Assembly (NCBI GenBank): GCA_041674405.1
Contig: JBAYVT010000004.1
Span: 30,001 to 62,000, forward strand
DNA: 32,000 nucleotides
From: Patescibacteria group bacterium
Lineage (GTDB): Bacteria; Patescibacteriota; UBA1384; XYA2-FULL-43-10
Direction: 5' to 3'
Shown: one piece after another, positions 1 through 8,034 of the stretch
Layout of the letters: the number at the start of each line of letters is the position of its first letter
How positions within the stretch are numbered: the first letter of the stretch is position 1
Notes under the pieces: generated by a model
Databases searched by the model: none
Told to the model about the DNA's origin: nothing
Seen by the model: only the letters and a program-made list of their open reading frames with translations
Translations under genes and position numbers: made by a program

Positions 1-281
1 TAAATTTCATTTCTGACTTTAAGCTCAACAGCTATTTTCCCTGCCACAAGGAAATCTAAATAATATTTACCGACTTTTTTACCGTTGAATGTAACAAATC
101 CGTATTTCTCACGCTGAAATTCAAGTTGTTTTTTTGCAAGTGACTCTGATAACGCATTCTGATAGGTTTTTTCAGACAGCCCATATCCTAGCGCCTTATA
201 CACCTCGAAAGCACATCCAATAATATTTCTGGTCAGTTCTATCTCAGGATATTCGTCATTATCAAATCGATTTATATTCAT
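1..281 (-). CDS. GxxExxY family protein (PDDEXK_3-like), C-terminally truncated by window edge
   Basis: Manual translation from ATG (cat at 279-281) gives MNINRFDNDEYPEIELTRNIIGCAFEVYKALGYGLSEKTYQNALSESLAKKQLEFQREKYGFVTFNGKKVGKYYLDFLVAGKIAVELKVRNEI..., open to position 1. GCAFEVYKALGYGLSEKTYQNAL and the IAVELK segment are typical of GxxExxY proteins. Missing from the supplied ORF track because it is partial. Confidence 0.85.
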   Translation of the reverse strand, partial: MNINRFDNDEYPEIELTRNIIGCAFEVYKALGYGLSEKTYQNALSESLAKKQLEFQREKYGFVTFNGKKVGKYYLDFLVAGKIAVELKVRNEI

Positions 282-365
282 TTCCCCCTTCTGTGTTTTT
301 CTGTGGACCGTTTTTCTGTGACCGTCCCTTCCGTGTTCTTCTGTGGGTTGTGCTTCTGTGACCGT

Positions 366-977
366 CTACTCGTTGAACATCACGCTATGATCTGACCGCT
401 TATATTCATCATGAATATCTTCATCAGAAAACCAATGGGTAATCTCATGCTCGGCCTCTTCTGGCGTTTCCGAAGCATGCATGATGTTCTTAATTGCCCG
501 ACCTTCTAGGTTTGCAGCCGCAGGTGAGTCTACTGAAAAATCTCCCCTCACAGTGCCAATTTCAGCCTTGGACGGAAGGGTATTACCAGCAATTTTGCGC
601 ACCATATCAATAGCGTGCACACCCTCGACAATCATTGCAACAACAGGAGCATCAAGGAGATAATCAACCAACCATTTTCGAACCATTTTTCCGGCTTCTT
701 TCTTTGAATCGGTGCCCATCATTTCTTTTGGATCGATGCCATATTCCTCAAAGACCGTAAAACCTTTGTGCCCGAGCCTTTCTATCCAGGCTTCGTCCTT
801 TGGGTAATGATTATCGATGTGTTCAAGTGATGGCTTGACCATTTTAAGAGCAACGATTTTCAGCCCGCGATTCTCAAGCCGTTTAATTACTTCGCCAACC
901 AATCCCCTCTGTACCCCGTCCGGCTTGACTAGTACGAGCGATCTTTGAATCGCAATCTTTAATTTCTTTTCCGCCAT
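366..977 (-). CDS. ndk: Nucleoside diphosphate kinase, long form with internal insertion and C-terminal extension
   Basis: 203 aa; SLVLVKPDGVQRGLVGEVIKRLENRGLKIVALKM, VRKIAGNTLPSKAEIGTVRGDFS, NIMHASETPEEAEHEITHWF. Confidence 0.93.
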   Translation of the reverse strand: MAEKKLKIAIQRSLVLVKPDGVQRGLVGEVIKRLENRGLKIVALKMVKPSLEHIDNHYPKDEAWIERLGHKGFTVFEEYGIDPKEMMGTDSKKEAGKMVRKWLVDYLLDAPVVAMIVEGVHAIDMVRKIAGNTLPSKAEIGTVRGDFSVDSPAAANLEGRAIKNIMHASETPEEAEHEITHWFSDEDIHDEYKRSDHSVMFNE

Positions 978-985
978 AAGTTCTC

Positions 986-2257
986 CTATCCATTTAAAAT
1001 TTTCTTAAGCTTCTTGTCGTCAAGAAAAGGCCCGACAACAGACACCAACATTTTATCAAAGTTGATGTATTTTTTCGCCACCCGTATTACGTCTTTGGCC
1101 GTTACTTCTTCAAATTTGGCAATGACTTCCTCGGGCGCCATGAGCTTTTCATGGATTATTTCCATCCGCATCAGCGATTCTGCCAAATTTTCCGAATCTT
1201 CCATTCCGATCGATATCGCACTTTTCATAAGTTCTTTAGCGCGCTTTATTTCCTCGTCTTTTGGGCCATCTTTGACAATTTTCCGGTATTCATTGATTAT
1301 CGCCCTGGATGCTTTCTCGATATTTTCATGCGCAACATTGGCAAGGGTAACCAGCGACCCAGCATCGGAGTATGCGATGTGCTCAGTCTCAGCTGCATAT
1401 GCCAGACCTAGTTTTTCTCTTACTTCAACAAACATTCTGGAGCTGGATGATCCGCCCAATATTTCCGCCAAGATTTTAAACGCATATCTATCTTCCAAAT
1501 CCCTGAGTCCAGGACCGGCAAAACCGATTATTAAATTCGTTTGCTCTGTTTTTCTTTGCCCGGAAACCTCTCTTGCAACATCAAGTGTACCCGATGTAAT
1601 AATTTCAGATTTTTTGCCACTTTTCGCTGTAAAATACTTTTCAGCCTCACAGACAACTTTTTCTTCTGTAAGATTGCCAAGGTTACCGCATATGACGACC
1701 ACAATATTCTCGGCAATGTAATGATCCTGCTCAAATTCCAATAGCTCTTCGTGTTTGATTTTTCGCACAGATTCAACGGTGCCTGCAATTCTTCGTCCAA
1801 GTGATTTTTCTGTAAAAATATTTTCTTCGAAAAGTTCAATCACTTCTTCCATTGGTCTATCTTTGTGCATCTTGATATCTTCGATCACAACGTTTTTTTC
1901 GCGGTTAAACTCTTCTTTGGAATTTATCGGATTGATCAAATTATCTGAGAGGTAATCAAGGACCTCAACCAAGTGATCGGAAGATATTTTGACATGATAA
2001 GCCGTAAGCTCCTTATCGGTATAAGCGTTATAAATGCCGCCGATATCGTTGATAAAGTCGTTCACCTTAGAAGGAGTGGGGCGTTTTTTCGATCCCTTGA
2101 AGCTCATGTGCTCAATAAAATGGGAAACTCCCGACAAATTCTCCGGTTCATACCGGCTGCCGACAGCAACGCCAACCATCACCGCCACCGCATTTGTTTC
2201 TTCCCGTGGGGCAATAATCAGCCGAACTCCATTTTTGAGCGTGTATTTCTTGAACAA
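986..2257 (-). CDS. M16 family zinc metallopeptidase (insulinase/processing peptidase-like)
   Basis: 423 aa; HxxEH motif in SGVSHFIEHMSFKGSKKRP, downstream Glu region, C-terminal M16 architecture. Confidence 0.93.
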   Translation of the reverse strand: MFKKYTLKNGVRLIIAPREETNAVAVMVGVAVGSRYEPENLSGVSHFIEHMSFKGSKKRPTPSKVNDFINDIGGIYNAYTDKELTAYHVKISSDHLVEVLDYLSDNLINPINSKEEFNREKNVVIEDIKMHKDRPMEEVIELFEENIFTEKSLGRRIAGTVESVRKIKHEELLEFEQDHYIAENIVVVICGNLGNLTEEKVVCEAEKYFTAKSGKKSEIITSGTLDVAREVSGQRKTEQTNLIIGFAGPGLRDLEDRYAFKILAEILGGSSSSRMFVEVREKLGLAYAAETEHIAYSDAGSLVTLANVAHENIEKASRAIINEYRKIVKDGPKDEEIKRAKELMKSAISIGMEDSENLAESLMRMEIIHEKLMAPEEVIAKFEEVTAKDVIRVAKKYINFDKMLVSVVGPFLDDKKLKKILNG

Positions 2258-2258
2258 T

Positions 2259-2603
2259 TTATTTCTTCGAATTATTTATGCTTGGCAGATCTGATAGAGC
2301 AATAATATCCAATGCAATTTCTTCGTAAGGATGATTTTCCTTAATGACTTCTAGCGCTTTTTCAATGTCAGATTTAGGACAGATGAATTCCAGTTTCACC
2401 TCTTCGGCTTCCTCAATTTTTCCAACTTCACCAATCGCCGGATCTGCGCCTTTGAGGGGCCGAAAATATCCTTTGCCCTCTGATATGAATGAACAATAAT
2501 CATAATTGCCCATTTTGCCAATACCGGCTTTGCCGAGAGCAAGTCGTAATTGTTCAATGTGATTTTTTGGCACGAAAACATAGATTTTAACAAATTGATT
2601 CAT
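2259..2603 (-). CDS. YqfO/NIF3-insert-like domain protein
   Basis: 114 aa; FVPKNHIEQLRLALGKAGIGKMGNYDYCSF...GYFRPLKGADPAIGEVGKIEEAEEVKLEFICPKSDIEKALEVIKENHPYEEIALDI; upstream SD (AGAGGAGATAGGTCATG). Confidence 0.8.
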   Translation of the reverse strand: MNQFVKIYVFVPKNHIEQLRLALGKAGIGKMGNYDYCSFISEGKGYFRPLKGADPAIGEVGKIEEAEEVKLEFICPKSDIEKALEVIKENHPYEEIALDIIALSDLPSINNSKK

Positions 2604-2730
2604 GACCTATCTCCTCTTACGGAAAGCTCCGCCCGAAAAGTCCCTACGGGGCATTTCCCGACTCCTTCCCGTTTGAATCCCATCAAAAAGTCCAACCGCA
2701 TAGCCCGACGAATCGGGCGACGTGGAATGG

Positions 2731-2818
2731 CGGAGAGAGTGGGATTCGAACCCACGAGAGCCTTGCAGCCCTACCTGTTTTCAAGACAGGCGCACTAGAC
2801 CAACTATGCGATCTCTCC
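2731..2818 (-). tRNA. tRNA-Ser (anticodon UGA)
   Basis: Revcomp GGAGAGATCGCATAGTTGGTCTAGTGCGCCTGTCTTGAAAACAGGTAGGGCTGCAAGGCTCTCGTGGGTTCGAATCCCACTCTCTCCG; acceptor GGAGAGA/TCTCTCC, anticodon loop CTTGAAA, long variable arm. Confidence 0.95.
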
Positions 2819-2822
2819 ATGG

Positions 2823-2912
2823 CGGAAGGTGTGGGATTCGAACCCACGTGGCGGCTTTTAGACCACCGACGGTTTAGCAAACCGTTCCCTTAAGCCTCTC
2901 GGGCAACCTTCC
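2823..2912 (-). tRNA. tRNA-Ser (anticodon GCU)
   Basis: Revcomp GGAAGGTTGCCCGAGAGGCTTAAGGGAACGGTTTGCTAAACCGTCGG...GTGGGTTCGAATCCCACACCTTCCG; anticodon loop TTGCTAA, long variable arm, acceptor GGAAGGT/ACCTTCC. Confidence 0.95.
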
Positions 2913-3036
2913 ATTTACTTGACGATTCTAACAGAAAAATACTCTCGGAGCAACCGTTTTGTGCGCAAAATTCATATCTGGAGTATAATGCAATTATTGT
3001 AATTCTCTCGACTACGCTCGAGATAAAGGAGGCTAT

Positions 3037-3267
3037 ATGAGCGAAGTTAAATTAGGCAAATATAGACATTTCAAAGGCATGATTGTCGATGTCATCGGCA
3101 TTGCACTCCACAGCGAAACGATCGAGGAGATGGTTGTTTACAACCACCCCGATCCGGTGAAGGGCAAAGACGCCAATACGATGTGGGTCCGCCCGAAAGC
3201 GATGTTTCTAGAAACCGTTGAGAAAGACGGCAAAACTATCCCGCGATTTGAATACATTGGGGGGTAA
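3037..3267 (+). CDS. DUF1653 domain protein
   Basis: 76 aa; KLGKYRHFKGMIVDVIGIALHSETIEEMVVYNHPD...MWVRPKAMFLETVEKDGKTIPRFEYIG matches the DUF1653 pattern. Confidence 0.85.
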   Translation: MSEVKLGKYRHFKGMIVDVIGIALHSETIEEMVVYNHPDPVKGKDANTMWVRPKAMFLETVEKDGKTIPRFEYIGG

Positions 3268-3692
3268 TGCAAACAAGATTTTATAAAAATGAAGATTATG
3301 AATCTGTCAAATCAATTCTTTCGGAAGCAGATATGTTCGACGAGGTTTGGGATAGCAAACAACATCTCGCAAAAAAGATTCAATTAGAAGCCAAGGGCAT
3401 TCTCTTAGCCGTAGAAAATAAGGAAATCATCGGCTGCATTTATGTAAATCGTAATCCTTGGGCTTGTTTTCTGTATCGGTTAGCAGTGAGAAAACAATAT
3501 CGCAAAAAAGGGGCAGGAACGCTTTTGATTGAGACTGCTACCAACATGCTGCAAGAGGAAGGTGTTGAAGAAGTCGCAATTTATGTTGATTCCTCGAATG
3601 AAGATCTTCAAAATTTTTATGAAAAACGCGGATTTATCAAGGGCGGTCTTTATAGATGCATGTATAAAAAGCTTGATGGTGAAGACGAATGA
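3267..3692 (+). CDS. GNAT family N-acetyltransferase
   Basis: 141 aa; LYRLAVRKQYRKKGAGTLLIETATNMLQEEGVEEVAIYVDSSNEDLQNFYEKRGF = acetyl-CoA binding motif A and B. Confidence 0.88.
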   Translation: MQTRFYKNEDYESVKSILSEADMFDEVWDSKQHLAKKIQLEAKGILLAVENKEIIGCIYVNRNPWACFLYRLAVRKQYRKKGAGTLLIETATNMLQEEGVEEVAIYVDSSNEDLQNFYEKRGFIKGGLYRCMYKKLDGEDE

Positions 3693-4264
3693 AAGTCCTC
3701 TTAATCGACAACAATACCAAGCATTTGAAAGAGCTCCGTGATCTTATCGAAGGTTGCGGGCATACTTCGGATACGATCAAATACACCGAGGCCAGCTCCG
3801 CAATCGCAGACCGATACGATCTCTCGATAATCACCGGTGGCCATCTTCTGGCGATTCCGAACCATAAGGAAGATTTGGCCCCGCAAATTGCGATGATCAA
3901 AGACATGCAGAAGCCGCTTCTGGGAATCTGTCACGGATTTCAACTCATAGCCTACACTTTCGGCGCCAAGCTTCACTACCGCACCGAACGGCTCAAAGGA
4001 ATCATCGAGGTCAATGTCTCTAAAACCGATCCTATCTTCGGTGAACTTACGAAGTTCGACGCGTTTGTGTCACACAAATATTACATCATGCGTCTGCCGA
4101 AAGAGCTTATCGAATTAGCGAGATCAAAATACAATATCGAGGCATTAAAACACAATAATCGGCCAATTTATGGCTTTCAGTTTCACCCTGAAGTAATAAC
4201 CCCGGGCAACACCAGCGGCCAAATATTGATCAATCTTTTTCGTGAAATTGAAAAACGCTCGTAA
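3689..4264 (+). CDS. Class I glutamine amidotransferase (GMP synthase glutaminase-like)
   Basis: 191 aa; nucleophile elbow LGICHGFQLIAY, catalytic YGFQFHPEV; no synthetase domain attached. Confidence 0.85.
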   Translation: MKVLLIDNNTKHLKELRDLIEGCGHTSDTIKYTEASSAIADRYDLSIITGGHLLAIPNHKEDLAPQIAMIKDMQKPLLGICHGFQLIAYTFGAKLHYRTERLKGIIEVNVSKTDPIFGELTKFDAFVSHKYYIMRLPKELIELARSKYNIEALKHNNRPIYGFQFHPEVITPGNTSGQILINLFREIEKRS

Positions 4265-4296
4265 TTTCTATTTTTCATCAAATTTTTATTACTTTT

Positions 4297-4324
4297 TTGA
4301 CAGAATCTTCAAAAGTTTTATAAT
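4297..4324 (+). promoter_or_regulatory. Consensus sigma70-like promoter for the 4354 gene
   Basis: Exact TTGACA (4297-4302), 16-nt spacer, exact TATAAT (4319-4324). Confidence 0.6.
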
Positions 4325-4353
4325 GGAAGTAGCTATTATTTCTCGGAGGGATT

Positions 4354-4860
4354 TTGGCAAACGACCCAAAAACCACAGCTCCCAAGATTGACTTGTCCAA
4401 CGAGAAGCCGCTTTTTCAGTGGAAAGCAAATGAATTTGCGGAATATTCCAAAAATTCTTCTTGGTATCTATTGGTGATCGTGGTTGCGATTGCAATTGCA
4501 GCCGTGTTTTGGTGGCTTAAGAACTGGACTGCCATCGGAGTTGTAGCGGCAGCGGCTATTGCCCTCATTGCACAAGCCAAGACCAAGCCGAAAAGTGTAT
4601 CTGTCCAGCTATTTAGGGAAGGTATTGTTGTAAATAATAAAGTCTATCCTTATGATTCCTTAAAATCTTTTTGGATTATTTCCGGAGACCATCCGGTTTT
4701 TCGGCTCGAGCAAACCGGGTTTCTAAGGCCGCACATCAATGTGCCTATTGCCGAAGAAGATCCAGCACAGATTCAGCTTTTTTTGGCAAAATTTTTACCT
4801 GAAAACGAGAAAAAAGGCGAGGATATTGCCGATATCATCCAGAGATGGACGCGATTCTAA
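4354..4860 (+). CDS. Membrane protein with two central hydrophobic helices
   Basis: 168 aa; WYLLVIVVAIAIAAVFWWLKNWTAIGVVAAAAIALIAQ hydrophobic pair followed by a soluble domain (YPYDSLKSFWII...RPHINVPIAEEDPAQIQLFLAKFLPENE). Confidence 0.65.
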   Translation: MANDPKTTAPKIDLSNEKPLFQWKANEFAEYSKNSSWYLLVIVVAIAIAAVFWWLKNWTAIGVVAAAAIALIAQAKTKPKSVSVQLFREGIVVNNKVYPYDSLKSFWIISGDHPVFRLEQTGFLRPHINVPIAEEDPAQIQLFLAKFLPENEKKGEDIADIIQRWTRF

Positions 4861-4920
4861 AGAAGTTAAAAGTGGAAAGTATAAAAAAATGCACAGGAGA
4901 GTGCTTTTTTGTTTGGTTTT

Positions 4921-5550
4921 CTAAAGAGGCTTTAATTCGTCCTTAAATCTTTCAATCATAAATTTAAGATCAGGAGTGAAAGAATCTGGATTTTTATCGA
5001 TCTCGTGCAAAAGTTCGTCCATTGAGAAAACTTCTATTCCACACGATTCTCCGTCGACAAATTTCAACACACCATTATAATAGCCGATGTAATAACAAGT
5101 AATATACGGCTGAATGAATTTTTTACCATCAATTGAAGTTCTCTCTGAATCCAAATCTGCCGGCCCGAGCAATTTTTTAACGAGTCCAATAACTTCAAGA
5201 TTTGTGGATTTCACAGCTTTTGAAAAATCCTCGTCGCTAATTACTGCGACTGGAATCCCAAGTTCCTCGGCACATTCACGAACGACCGTGATCTCCCAGT
5301 GTCCCCCGGAGCTAAGATGCCCCCCTACTGTCTTGTCGTATAGCCCAGGGTTTTCAGGTTTTATTCGGCTTCTCTTTTGCAAATAAATCCTGCCGTCCGT
5401 GTTCAGAAGAAGTAGTCTGATAGATTTAACCCTACTAGAGACTTTTCCCGTCTTTTCAAACTCTTCTTTGCTTTCAATAAAGTATTTCTTCCGGTCTTCA
5501 ACCCTAAGTAGGTTGCCTTCGAGATCATATATATCTAATTTCTCAGCCAT
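4921..5550 (-). CDS. NUDIX hydrolase (isopentenyl-diphosphate isomerase/YfcD-like)
   Basis: 209 aa; NTDGRIYLQKRSRIKPENPGLYDKTVGGHLSSGGHWEITVVRECAEELGIP contains the NUDIX box. Confidence 0.88.
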   Translation of the reverse strand: MAEKLDIYDLEGNLLRVEDRKKYFIESKEEFEKTGKVSSRVKSIRLLLLNTDGRIYLQKRSRIKPENPGLYDKTVGGHLSSGGHWEITVVRECAEELGIPVAVISDEDFSKAVKSTNLEVIGLVKKLLGPADLDSERTSIDGKKFIQPYITCYYIGYYNGVLKFVDGESCGIEVFSMDELLHEIDKNPDSFTPDLKFMIERFKDELKPL

Positions 5551-5595
5551 ATTGATTCCATAATATTAACTTCGGCCTCTGATTTTGAGTTATGG

Positions 5596-5668
5596 TACGC
5601 CCGGCAGGAATTGAACCTGCGACCTTCTGGACCGCAACCAGACGCTCTATCCACTGAGCTACGGGCGC
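5596..5668 (-). tRNA. tRNA-Arg (anticodon GCG), CCA encoded at 5593-5595
   Basis: Revcomp GCGCCCGTAGCTCAGTGGATAGAGCGTCTGGTTGCGGTCCAGAAGGTCGCAGGTTCAATTCCTGCCGGGCGTA-CCA; anticodon loop TTGCGGT. Confidence 0.93.
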
Positions 5669-5743
5669 AAACACGCATTATATTAGCATTATTTTAAGAT
5701 TATTTCTAGACTTTCCACTTTGCACTTTTCACTTGAAACTATT

Positions 5744-6444
5744 TTATCCGTGCGCCACTACAACGCCGTACACTTTCTTCGCCCCGGCGGCCTTTAGAAC
5801 TTTCGCACATTCGTTTAAGGTTGTTCCGGTAGTCGCAACATCATCAATCAATAAAACGTTTTTTCCGTGCACAAATTCATCGTCTTCAACGCGAAAAACC
5901 CCTGTAAGATTAGAAAGCCTTTCGTTTCGCTTAAGGGTAGCTTGGGGTTTTTGATCTTTTATTCTTGATAGCGCATCACAGCCGGGAATTCCAAGCTTAT
6001 TTGAAACGTATTTTCCGATCAATTCTGACTGGTTGAATCCCCTTTCTGCCTTCCGTTTCAGCGAGAGTGGAACTGATACAATTACACAATTATCGGGTAT
6101 AGCTTCGAGCAATAATCGCTCTACCAACAATTCTCCGAGTATGCCGGCAAGGTCGACAAATCCTGAATATTTTAAGTGATGAATAATTTCCTTTGTCGGT
6201 CCCGCGTCATAAGTCGCAGCCGACATAATGCCATTTATCATAAAACCCAGGTTTTTTTGCAGTTGAGACAATACGAGCCAAATTTGATGATTTTACCGCA
6301 TTCCGGACAAGTCGATGTGGCGATTTTTTCGATTTTACTGGCACAACCAAAACACAAATGATTGCCATATTTGCCACAAGAAATACATTTTTTCGGATAA
6401 AATATGTCAATGATCGTATTTAGATATTGTCTGGTTAAACCCAT
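5744..6444 (-). pseudogene. comF: ComF-family phosphoribosyltransferase, reading frame split by -1 shift at an A7 run
   Basis: N-terminal part from ATG 6444: MGLTRQYLNTIIDIFYPKKCISCGKYGNHLCFGCASKIEKIATSTCPECGKIIKFGSYCLNCKK then TWVL stop (ends 6238). C-terminal part (5744-6271): QKNLGFMINGIMSAATYDAGPTKEIIHHLKYSG...HGKNVLLIDDVATTGTTLNECAKVL (PRPP loop). The frames join if one extra A is read at the A7 run. Confidence 0.85.
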
Positions 6445-6569
6445 ACATATATAATTAATGTTTTGCTGTTGACTAGTTTTTTTTACTGATTTACAATTAC
6501 ATTGTATATTATAATTGAATATCGCAATTATTCTGGATATCCTGAGGATTTGCCGCTCAAAGGAGGGAA

Positions 6570-6938
6570 ATGACAGAGGAGGACAAAAATGACTGGGCGG
6601 ATGGCGAAAGTGAAGGACAACTAGCAATAGATGTCTATCATGACGACCAAGCCGTATATATTTTGGCGCCAATAGCCGGTGTCAAGGCTTCTGATGTTGA
6701 CATTTCCATCACAGATGAGGTTGTTACCATACGCGGCGAACGAAGCCCCGGTCACGATACCGGAGACGAAAAACATTTTACAAAAGAGTGCTATTGGGGG
6801 CCATTTTCCCGATCTTATGTTATGCCTATTGCGGTCGCTTCCGAAAAAGCAAAGGCAATACTTAAAGACGGCCTTCTTAAAATTGTGATTCCAAAAGACG
6901 AAAAAGTTAAAACAAAAATAATAAAAGTTGAGGAATAG
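6570..6938 (+). CDS. Small heat shock protein, Hsp20/alpha-crystallin family
   Basis: 122 aa; LAIDVYHDDQAVYILAPIAGVKASDVDISITDEVVTIRGER...GPFSRSYVMPIAVASEKAKAILKDGLLKIVIPK. Confidence 0.9.
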   Translation: MTEEDKNDWADGESEGQLAIDVYHDDQAVYILAPIAGVKASDVDISITDEVVTIRGERSPGHDTGDEKHFTKECYWGPFSRSYVMPIAVASEKAKAILKDGLLKIVIPKDEKVKTKIIKVEE

Positions 6939-6978
6939 TTCACAATTAGTAGTTTGTAGTCCTTGGTTTGCTAATTAA

Positions 6979-7008
6979 TTACCGCTTGGAGCTTGGCGGT
7001 AATTTGTG
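6979..7008. terminator. Hairpin terminator between hsp20 and galU
   Basis: AATTACCGC-TTGGAGCTTG-GCGGTAATT inverted repeat followed by TTGTGTTTT. Confidence 0.5.
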
Positions 7009-7077
7009 TTTTAATTAAGGTGTGATGGTTTTCCCTACTGACTACGGACTACCCCCTAATGACTAAAAGGAGTTTTT

Positions 7078-7953
7078 ATGAAAATTCGCAAAGCCGTTAT
7101 TCCGGCAGCAGGTTACGGAACAAGATTTTTGCCGGCAACCAAATCTATCCCAAAAGAAATGCTGCCGATTGTCGACAAACCAACCATTCAGTATGTGATC
7201 GAAGAGGCTGTTGAGTCAGGAATAGAAGATATCATTATCGTCACCGGTAGTACCAAGAGAGCAATCGAGGACCACTTCGACCACAGCCTGGAACTTGAAG
7301 GACAACTACAAAAAGCGGGAAAGATAGATCAATTAGAACAAATCCAAAAAATTGCCAGGATGGCGAATTTTATTTACGTGCGCCAGAAAGGGGCTTACGG
7401 TAATGGTACGCCTGTTCTTAACGCAGAGCACATCATAGGAAATGAGCCTTTTGCAGTTCTTTGGGGCGATGAGTTTATTGCTGGTAATCCTCCGCGATTG
7501 AAACAGTCGATAGAAGTATTTGACGAGTTTAAGAGGCCAGTTATTTCAGCTGTTCGAGTCGAAAAAAAGGAAGATCTGTCCCGTTATGGCATTGGCGATG
7601 TAACGCTGGTAAGAGACAATATCTTCGAAATTAACGAGATAGTCGAAAAGCCTGATCCGGACAAAGCGCCGTCAAATTTAGCCACGCATGGAGCCTACAT
7701 CCTAACTCCAGATATTTTTGATGCTTTAAAGAGTCAGAAACCTGGAAAAGGCGGTGAAATTTGGTTAGTAGATGGAATAAATGAACTTAAAAAGAAGGGT
7801 CCGATCTATGCCTGCGAAATTAAGGGCGGCAAATATTATGACTGCGGGAATATTACAGAATATCTAAAGACCAATGTCGAGCTTGCCTTGAAGCGCCCGG
7901 ATCTCCAGGAGGAATTTGGGGAATTTATAAAAGAAACTGCCTCGAAATTGTAA
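7078..7953 (+). CDS. galU: UTP--glucose-1-phosphate uridylyltransferase
   Basis: 291 aa; RKAVIPAAGYGTRFLPATKSIPKEMLPIVDKPTIQYVIEEAVESGIEDIIIVTG; SD AAAGGAG upstream. Confidence 0.95.
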   Translation: MKIRKAVIPAAGYGTRFLPATKSIPKEMLPIVDKPTIQYVIEEAVESGIEDIIIVTGSTKRAIEDHFDHSLELEGQLQKAGKIDQLEQIQKIARMANFIYVRQKGAYGNGTPVLNAEHIIGNEPFAVLWGDEFIAGNPPRLKQSIEVFDEFKRPVISAVRVEKKEDLSRYGIGDVTLVRDNIFEINEIVEKPDPDKAPSNLATHGAYILTPDIFDALKSQKPGKGGEIWLVDGINELKKKGPIYACEIKGGKYYDCGNITEYLKTNVELALKRPDLQEEFGEFIKETASKL

Positions 7954-8034
7954 AAGTGGTTGTTTTGTACAAAATGTTGTATCATGTTATCAGATACATT
8001 GATAGATGTCCTTGTTTATAAAAGGTGAGGGGAT

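Noticed and set aside
2550-2880. Plus-strand ORFs 2550-2798 and 2683-2880
   Set aside because: They lie antisense to two clear tRNA-Ser genes and the repeat; the encoded peptides (GSNPTPS, SWVRIPLSPP) are typical tRNA-antisense artefacts.
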